Positions 57,716 to 64,000 of a DNA stretch of 64,000 nt are shown here, piece after piece. Positions within the stretch are counted from its first letter, which is position 1. Every line of letters starts with the position of its first letter. The position numbers and the translations under genes are program-made. This stretch comes from Pseudomonadota bacterium (lineage in GTDB: Bacteria; Pseudomonadota; Gammaproteobacteria; Steroidobacterales; Woeseiaceae), in contig JBCBDU010000001.1 of assembly GCA_038529355.1 (NCBI GenBank), positions 90,565 through 154,564 on the forward strand, in the 5' to 3' direction. The notes under the pieces are model-generated. The model saw nothing but the letters and a program-made list of their open reading frames with translations. It was not told the DNA's origin and did no database searches.

Positions 57716-58087
57716 CTAATCCCTATTTAGTTCACCAGTTCCAACGAAGCCGACGATACGCGACACCAAGTCACCGTCCTTTTCGACAAAGTACTGCCCA
57801 AGCTGGATCTGTTCCGTACCGTCAGGGCCGTTGCCACCAAACGCCACGGTAACTCGCGTGACATCGGCAATCGTGTCTGTCCGGACCACCTTGGCCGTCC
57901 AACCCGGAGCGTTCGCACTGAACATGCCTACATAGGCGTCCAGCGCCGCAACCCCGTTGATCGGCTGCGGCGTGCGCGGGTCAGCATAGGTGACTTCTTC
58001 AGTGACACATCCGCGTATCTCGCTGAGCCGTAAATTTGCATCCTCAACGCACCAAGCATCGAAAAAACCAGCAATGCTATCCGTCAT
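57716..58087 (-). CDS. NTF2/SnoaL-like protein
   Basis: 123 aa. N-terminus IAGFFDAWCVEDANLRLSEI and overall length fit SnoaL-like proteins. Confidence 0.65.
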   Translation of the reverse strand: MTDSIAGFFDAWCVEDANLRLSEIRGCVTEEVTYADPRTPQPINGVAALDAYVGMFSANAPGWTAKVVRTDTIADVTRVTVAFGGNGPDGTEQIQLGQYFVEKDGDLVSRIVGFVGTGELNRD

Positions 58088-58364
58088 GTCTTTCTCCGAC
58101 TTCGTTGCTCGTCAAGTCGCACTCGACGCCCGGAGCCAATGATACCTCTTCCAGCGTGAGCTCAGCCAGCTCGTTTATTACTGTCTCGATAGCTGGCGCA
58201 CGACAACACGCACGCTCCTCGATAGCAGTTCGCATGACACAGCTGCGACCGTGCTCTGGCAACCGGAACGCGCCATTAGTCCCCGGGCGAGCCGTTGATC
58301 CAGGATATTGAGACGCCGCTGCCGACCGACGCAGCCCCTGTTTCACTAAACTAAAGTCTGGCAT
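58077..58364 (-). CDS. Possible small Cys-containing protein (95 aa), coding status uncertain
   Basis: Lower part of track ORF 58077..58541, starting at MPDFSLVKQG (ATG 58364), 22 nt after the halogenase stop. It overlaps the next gene start by 11 nt. Weak SD. Confidence 0.25.
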   Translation of the reverse strand: MPDFSLVKQGLRRSAAASQYPGSTARPGTNGAFRLPEHGRSCVMRTAIEERACCRAPAIETVINELAELTLEEVSLAPGVECDLTSNEVGERHDG

Positions 58365-58386
58365 CTCTGCAGCGCAGCAATAAGGG

Positions 58387-59910
58387 TCAGGCAGTGCCAG
58401 CGTAAGCGCTAATGAACGCCGCATGGGTCGGCATGCTGTCAACCAAGTGCTTGTGTTGTGTCGACAGCCCAGTGAACAGATCACGCAACGCGCTTTCTGG
58501 CATCTCATCGACGACCGGGTGCCAGGTATTCGGCGCGACATCCTGTCCTAGGAAAACCTGCGACCAGCCAACCTCTGTGAACAGCTCTTCTTCCTCACGC
58601 ACGAAGTGCCCCGTTGCACGGAATTGTTCGATCTTGCTAGTCAGCGTTGCTGGCAACGACATCGCTCGCGATCGGTCCCAAAACGCCTCGCCAACACGCC
58701 CGTTGGCGCAATAGTGGAGAATCAGAAAATCTCGGATACGCAACCACTGCCGCGAGATTTCGTGATTGAATGCAGCCGCAATGGACGGCTCCATGCGCCG
58801 TCTTGGCAACATCGCCATGAAGCGTGCCACGGAATACTGAATCAGATGAATACTGGTGGACTCCAACGGCTCCAGAAAGCCAGCAGACAAACCGATTGCA
58901 AGGCAGTTGCCGATCCAATGCTCACGTCGCGTGCCGGTTTTGAAGCGAATCAACCGCGGCTCGGCAGCGGCATTGCCGTCGATATTCCCAAGCAACTGAG
59001 CGCGCGCCGACTCGTCATCCATGTAGTCACTGCAGTAAACGACACCGTTACCCACGCGATGCTGGAGCGGAATTCGCCACTGCCAACCGGCCGCATGTGC
59101 CGTCGCAGTCGTATATGGCGTCAGCTCGCGTTTCGAGCGACATGCAACCGTTAGCGCCCGGTTGCACGGCAACCAGTGATCCCAATCGTAAAACTCGGAA
59201 CCCTTAAGTTTTGAAATCAGCAGGGCACGAAACCCACTGCAGTCAATGAAAAAATCGCCTGCGACCTCACGGCCATCGTCGAGTATCACTGCGCTCACCG
59301 AACGCTGGTCTGCTTCGGTCACCACTTCGGCAACTTTACCTTCCATCCGCGTCACGCCGTTGCGCTCCGCCAGACGCCGCAGATAGGCACCATATTTCGC
59401 CGCATCGAAATGATAAGCCCATGGCATATTCACGCCACTAGCCGGCAGCCCGCCGCCCGGCATCGCCATCTTGCCCGCACGGGCGGCAAGTTCATTGATC
59501 GCGTAGTCACCAAACGCCGATGCCAGCCCCAGCTGGCGACCGCGCAACCAGAGATGATGAAACCCTGCAACGCCCGTAGCGCGACCAACTTGGCCGAACG
59601 CATGCAGGTAGTCACTGCCGGGGCCATTCCAACCGACAAAGCGTATCCCGAGCTTGAAGGTAGCGCTGGTTTCGCGCAAAAACTCGCGCTCATCGATACC
59701 GAGCGCGCGATTGAACGTTCTGATCTGTGGGATAGTGGCCTCACCGACGCCAACGCTGCCGATGGCGTCGGATTCGACCAACACAATCGGTGTGGCCGTC
59801 ACTTGCGACAGCGCAGCGGCGGTCATCCAACCTGCAGAGCCACCGCCAACAATGACGATTTTCTGCAGCGTATCGCCCGTATCGCCGTTAGGTAGATCAT
59901 TCTCCGTCAC
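58387..59910 (-). CDS. Flavin-dependent tryptophan-halogenase-family protein
   Basis: 507 aa. FAD motif VGGGSAGW, GVGEATIP, candidate catalytic Lys in ATFKLGIRF, WxWxIP as GWQWRIPL, and GFLEPLESTS. Confidence 0.9.
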   Translation of the reverse strand: MTENDLPNGDTGDTLQKIVIVGGGSAGWMTAAALSQVTATPIVLVESDAIGSVGVGEATIPQIRTFNRALGIDEREFLRETSATFKLGIRFVGWNGPGSDYLHAFGQVGRATGVAGFHHLWLRGRQLGLASAFGDYAINELAARAGKMAMPGGGLPASGVNMPWAYHFDAAKYGAYLRRLAERNGVTRMEGKVAEVVTEADQRSVSAVILDDGREVAGDFFIDCSGFRALLISKLKGSEFYDWDHWLPCNRALTVACRSKRELTPYTTATAHAAGWQWRIPLQHRVGNGVVYCSDYMDDESARAQLLGNIDGNAAAEPRLIRFKTGTRREHWIGNCLAIGLSAGFLEPLESTSIHLIQYSVARFMAMLPRRRMEPSIAAAFNHEISRQWLRIRDFLILHYCANGRVGEAFWDRSRAMSLPATLTSKIEQFRATGHFVREEEELFTEVGWSQVFLGQDVAPNTWHPVVDEMPESALRDLFTGLSTQHKHLVDSMPTHAAFISAYAGTA

Positions 59911-59950
59911 ATGTCGCCCTCGCGTTGTCTAAAGTGTGGACCCATACTCC

Positions 59951-59982
59951 AAAAGAAAAAGGGCACCCGCAAGGGGCGCCCT
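59951..59982 (-). terminator. Hairpin plus U-tract between the receptor and the halogenase gene (terminator or attenuator)
   Basis: Minus strand reads AGGGCGCCCC-TTGC-GGGTGCCCT followed by TTTTCTTTT. One mismatch in the stem. Confidence 0.55.
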
Positions 59983-60006
59983 CCAAGAATTAGCCGAGGC
60001 CGGTGA

Positions 60007-63006
60007 TTAACGCCCGAACTGGTCCGCGCTATAACGGAATCCGGCGTAAAAGTAGCGCCCGAGGAAGCCGGTCGGCGCAGCGTCAAGTCCACGTGCCGGC
60101 AGTTCGTTCGTCAGATTATTGGCGCCAATGAAGAAGCGCGCACGCTGATCCTTCGTCGCAATCTCAAATCGCAGGTCATGAATCACGCGCGAATCCAGCT
60201 CCAGAAACTCGGGCGCCGCGATGTCCGGGTCACCTGCAATGGCGTCTCTTTCGAACCGTAGCTGTTCACCAACATACTGCAACCCATAGTTGATCGTCAG
60301 GTTGTCTTTTTGCCACGTGACATCGGCTACGCCGCTCCATTCGGGCGCACCAATCTCACCTTGATCCACATCGACAATGCCGCCGTTGGCCGGCAGAAAC
60401 TCGAGCTTGTCCAAATACCCCAGCGTCGCGCCGAGGAAGAACGTTCCGTACTGACCGTTGGCAGGCTCGAACGTGTAGTTTGCAGTCAGATCCGCGCCAG
60501 CCGTTTCGAGGAACGCGACGTTTTGCGGCCCGAGCACATAGCCTGACACGAACGCGGTGCCGGTATCGCGCGTCACCGAATCGCAGAACACATTGCTGAG
60601 ATCTGCCGAGTCGACGCAAAATTCCGCAGTCTCGGTCAGCGTGGGTGTGCGCACAGCATCCGACAACGTGATGTCGTACCAATCAATCGTCACGGTCAGA
60701 TTGGGCACAAACCGTGGCTCTAGGACAACACCAGCGGTCCACGTTTCGGCAGTCTCTTCCGACAGAGCGGTGTTGCCGGCGACGATCCCCTCGATGCTGG
60801 CACTCGACGCGATATCACTGTCGAAATCGAACGTCGAGAAATCCGCGCCGAGACCGTTGATCAAAGCCTCGCAGTTCGCTGCTCGGAACTCTGTGCCCTG
60901 GTTGATATTTGCCGGGCTGCAAGGATCCTGTAGGAACAAGAACGTCCCGGTTCGCGGTGCGAACAACTCGGTGATATTCGGCGCTCGCACGGACTCCGAG
61001 ACGCTACCGCGCAATCGAACGTCAGGGATGAATGACCATTGGCCACCAACCGACCAGGCGGCTGCGTTGCCAATGGTCGAGTAATCGGACGCGCGCGCAG
61101 CCAGAGTTAGTTCGAGTAGCTCGGCAAAAGGTCGATCAGCCAGTATTGGCACGTTCAATTCGCCGAACACTTCGATGACGTTGAAGCTACCGACTTCGCG
61201 ACCGAGCAATGCAGAATCAGCGAGCACGCCGGAGTTCGGATCGAAGGTAGCGACCTGCGTAGAAATCGCATCAGGGCGAAAATCGCTCTTTTCCTCACGG
61301 AATTCCGTGCCGACTGCGTAGCCGACTGGACCTCCCGGCAAAGCAAGTCTGCTTCCGAGATCACCCGATACGAATGCGTTCACAACATGCTGTTCGAGCG
61401 TGTACTCGTTCTGGGTGTCGGTCAGTATGAAGTCGAGGGCTGCCTGACTGGGTGACCCTGCACCAAAGATATTTAACGGGACACACTCGCCCGGCGCAAA
61501 AGTCTGTGGCGCCTGACCGTAGTTGCCAGTGCCGGCATCCGCAATCGCACCACCATCGAGATTCACTCGACAATCGATCGTGCCGTTTGGCGTGCCGGTC
61601 AGGAACGCGCCCGCATCGACGGCATCAAGCGCCGCGAAGTAACGATCTTCGATACGCACGCTGGTGCCCACGTAGTTAGTCTCGTTGCGGCCGTAAACAT
61701 AGCTCACTTCAAACCGCATGTTGTCGGTAAGGTCTCCATCCAGCCCAATCACCGTACGGAACAAGTCTCGCTCCAGCTGCTCATCGCGTGTCCCGAAGTC
61801 AAAGTTGTCTCGGTTAAACAAGACGCCGCCGAAATCGCCAAGACCTGCGGCACGGATCGGATCGGGGATGAATGGGTTGTCCTCGGAGACGAACGTGAAG
61901 AAGTCAAACGACGGTTGCGCGACGGTTTGGTTGTCTGAGTCCACGAACTTGCCTTCGGCGAAAAAGCGTACAGTTGGCGAAATGTCGTAATTGAAGAAGG
62001 CATTGAACGAGTGATGCTGCGTTTCGGCCTGCAGATCGCCCTGATAGCTGTTCACTGGCGTGTTGTCGCCACCTTGTGCCAGGAAGCCGGACTGCGGCAG
62101 AAACACGCCGGGGTCGTAAGGCTGGCCGTTGCCGTTGAAGGCCGGCGTGAAACTGCCGTCCACAACAATAGCACCGCCGGGAGCGCTGTCCGACCACCCA
62201 ATACGATCAAGGAACACGTTGTCCGGCACGTTGGGGTCGTCCGGAATGTCGTTGGGATTGCGAACCAAGGTGTCGGCCGCAAACTCGCCGTTCGGACGCG
62301 CTAGCGCTCCGACGCGATCATCATTGCGGAATTCATACGAGAATGCGAAGTTGCCGCGCCCCTCCTGAAAGTTGGTACCGAAAGTCGCTGACAAAAAAGA
62401 ACTGTCCGCGTCACCAAAATCCGACTGACCCTGCTGAGCGCGGATATCGATGCCCTCGAAATCGCGACGCATGATGAAGTTGACCACACCAGATACGCCG
62501 TCCGCACCGTATACGGATGAGACGCCACCGGTCTGCACGTCAATACGCTCAATCAATCCCGTTGGGATGGTATTGATGTCGACTGCGGCCTCGCCGGCGA
62601 TACCCGCGATATGTCGCCTGCCATCTACAAGCACCAACGTGCGGTTAGGCCCAAGATTCCTGAGGTCGAGCAGATTGACGCCGGCACCACCGCCACGCGC
62701 TTGAGAACCGGCCGCGTCGAAATTGTCCTCGGAATTAAACAATGCAGGTGTTTGCGTCAAAAGCTCCGTGACGTTAGTCAGCCCGGACTGCTCGAGGTTC
62801 TGCGCAGAAATAGCAACAACAGGAATTGCGGTGGCCGCTTCAGGTCGTTGAATGCGGGTGCCGGTGACGACGATTTCCTCGATGCGTTCGGACTCGCCGC
62901 TTGTCTCTTGCTGAGCTAATGCGCTGAGCGGCAACGCAATAGCGATCGCGGCGACGCTGGTCAAGAAGGCGCCCTTGTTCAAATGTAAACGGAATTCAGA
63001 ATTCAT
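60007..63006 (-). CDS. TonB-dependent receptor (about 1000 aa)
   Basis: Start at MNSEFRLHLNKGAFLTSVAAIAIALPLSALA (ATG 63006). TonB-box/plug IEEIVVTGTRIQRP. C-terminus ...YAGFRYSADQFGR. Confidence 0.93.
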   Translation of the reverse strand: MNSEFRLHLNKGAFLTSVAAIAIALPLSALAQQETSGESERIEEIVVTGTRIQRPEAATAIPVVAISAQNLEQSGLTNVTELLTQTPALFNSEDNFDAAGSQARGGGAGVNLLDLRNLGPNRTLVLVDGRRHIAGIAGEAAVDINTIPTGLIERIDVQTGGVSSVYGADGVSGVVNFIMRRDFEGIDIRAQQGQSDFGDADSSFLSATFGTNFQEGRGNFAFSYEFRNDDRVGALARPNGEFAADTLVRNPNDIPDDPNVPDNVFLDRIGWSDSAPGGAIVVDGSFTPAFNGNGQPYDPGVFLPQSGFLAQGGDNTPVNSYQGDLQAETQHHSFNAFFNYDISPTVRFFAEGKFVDSDNQTVAQPSFDFFTFVSEDNPFIPDPIRAAGLGDFGGVLFNRDNFDFGTRDEQLERDLFRTVIGLDGDLTDNMRFEVSYVYGRNETNYVGTSVRIEDRYFAALDAVDAGAFLTGTPNGTIDCRVNLDGGAIADAGTGNYGQAPQTFAPGECVPLNIFGAGSPSQAALDFILTDTQNEYTLEQHVVNAFVSGDLGSRLALPGGPVGYAVGTEFREEKSDFRPDAISTQVATFDPNSGVLADSALLGREVGSFNVIEVFGELNVPILADRPFAELLELTLAARASDYSTIGNAAAWSVGGQWSFIPDVRLRGSVSESVRAPNITELFAPRTGTFLFLQDPCSPANINQGTEFRAANCEALINGLGADFSTFDFDSDIASSASIEGIVAGNTALSEETAETWTAGVVLEPRFVPNLTVTIDWYDITLSDAVRTPTLTETAEFCVDSADLSNVFCDSVTRDTGTAFVSGYVLGPQNVAFLETAGADLTANYTFEPANGQYGTFFLGATLGYLDKLEFLPANGGIVDVDQGEIGAPEWSGVADVTWQKDNLTINYGLQYVGEQLRFERDAIAGDPDIAAPEFLELDSRVIHDLRFEIATKDQRARFFIGANNLTNELPARGLDAAPTGFLGRYFYAGFRYSADQFGR

Positions 63007-63468
63007 GTGATACCCCTGAAAATAGTGTTTAACACCCCCCAGACAACGCTGACCGGCCAGCCCGCGTCGCGTTTTAAGTACCTCACGGATGTAGATTTGT
63101 CGTTTTAACACCACGCGATGAGCCTCTGTTATTACACGATTTATCTAGGAAATCAAATATTCCGATAGATTTTGTTGGTTAGATACAACAGCAACTAGTA
63201 GAAGGAGGACATGCTTGGTGGGTCGTAGGCGGCCGTGACCATCCAAGCCAGTCGACAACCGCAATCGCAAGGAGCAAGTCATAAGAACGGTTGGGAACGC
63301 GCGCCGCCAACGGGCGCACTTACCTTTTGACGATCGTGCGAGTTGCGGGGCGCCGCTTTAGTGGCTCATGGTGATGAGATCCCAAGAGCTGGAATCTACC
63401 GTGGGGAGAAGATCTGACCACCGCTGCAATAGAAAGTCCACCGCCAACCTAACGCGGTTGCCAGGCAT

Positions 63469-63503
63469 AAAAAAAGGCCGCACCCCAAACGGGATACGGC
63501 CTT
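63469..63503 (-). terminator. rrn operon terminator
   Basis: Minus strand reads AAGGCCGTATCCCGTTTGGGGTGCGGCCTT followed by T7, about 10 nt downstream of the 5S rRNA. Confidence 0.6.
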
Positions 63504-63512
63504 CCTAAATAA

Positions 63513-63632
63513 ATGCTTGGCAGTGTCCTACTCTCACATGGGGAGACCCCACACTACCATCGGCGCTGAGCATTTTCACTTCCGAGTTCGATATGGGATC
63601 GGGTGGTTCCTACTCGCTATTGCCGCCAAGCA
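63513..63632 (-). rRNA. rrf: 5S ribosomal RNA
   Basis: The reverse complement TGCTTGGCGGCAATAGCGAG...GCGCCGATGGTAGTGTGGGGTCTCCCCATGTGAGAGTAGGACACTGCCAAGCAT aligns end to end (120 nt) with E. coli 5S rRNA. Confidence 0.95.
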
Positions 63633-63774
63633 AACTGGTATGAGTTGCCGTAGCCAACAGGCGTACGTCACCTCAAAAAGGTTAACAATCTGGTCATGTT
63701 TTGACGTTTTCTAGAATGTCGCACAAAGCCTTCCAGCTTCGCGTCACACCTAAGCAAGACTGCTTTGGTGTTAT

Positions 63775-64000
<226 letters not shown>

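Noticed and set aside
63201-63228. Very strong SD (GAAGGAGGA) followed by a 5-codon ORF (MLGGS) on the plus strand
   Set aside because: No gene lies downstream on that strand; only the rrn terminator and the 5S rRNA on the opposite strand. It is most likely a chance match. The 63007-63468 region remains unexplained non-coding DNA.
63340-63366. Cobalamin-riboswitch-like words (GCCACT and CCCCGCAAC on the minus strand) in the long leader of the 1000-aa receptor
   Set aside because: The order is reversed relative to the riboswitch (CCCGCAAC should precede the GCCACTG B12 box). The other conserved segments are not visible.

Overview
Chromosomal window from a roughly 57-58% GC gammaproteobacterium. 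The content looks marine and rich in TonB-dependent receptors; the taxon cannot be set from this window alone. I saw no transposase, integrase, CRISPR array or tRNA. All calls come from reading the translated ORFs, motifs and nucleotide patterns by eye; no database search was run.

Layout:
- 1-10.5 kb: flagellar rod/hook cluster flgKJIHGFEDCB (- strand), divergent from flgA-flgM-flgN (+ strand). Two consensus sigma-54 promoters sit back to back between flgB and flgA. A sigma-28 promoter precedes flgM, and a divergent CsrA-like gene ends the flgMN operon.
- 10.5-17.3 kb: two divergent operons of two-component and c-di-GMP proteins. One is a hybrid kinase that lacks its DHp/H-box.
- 17.2-30 kb: AspC/TyrB aminotransferase, fnr-hemN, and a tightly coupled cbb3 oxidase and assembly cluster ccoNOQP-x-ccoG-(mini ccoH)-ccoI-ccoS-membrane protein.
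- 30-42 kb: housekeeping and accessory genes. These are Lrp/LysE, MscS, an uncharacterised 417-aa protein with a CelD-like acyltransferase, an ECF sigma factor with a membrane partner, an M23 peptidase, a decayed ECF sigma pseudogene, and amidase/YbjN-like/histidine phosphatase/sulfotransferase genes.
- 42-63 kb: envelope and uptake region. It holds three TonB-dependent receptors, a fasciclin protein, a LytTR membrane regulator, a PadR pair, an internalin-like LRR protein, two paralogous secreted proteins next to a 65-bp pentanucleotide repeat, an amidohydrolase, and a receptor/flavin halogenase/NTF2 cluster.
- 63.5-64 kb: 5S rRNA and the 3' end of 23S rRNA (- strand).

Many ORF-track entries are antisense shadow ORFs or carry N-terminal over-extensions. 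I corrected starts where the sequence supports it. ccoQ and a 56-aa ccoH-like gene are below the track cutoff, and ccoS is hidden inside a longer ORF-track entry.

No clear-cut novel system is proven. The best candidates for follow-up are listed in the findings.
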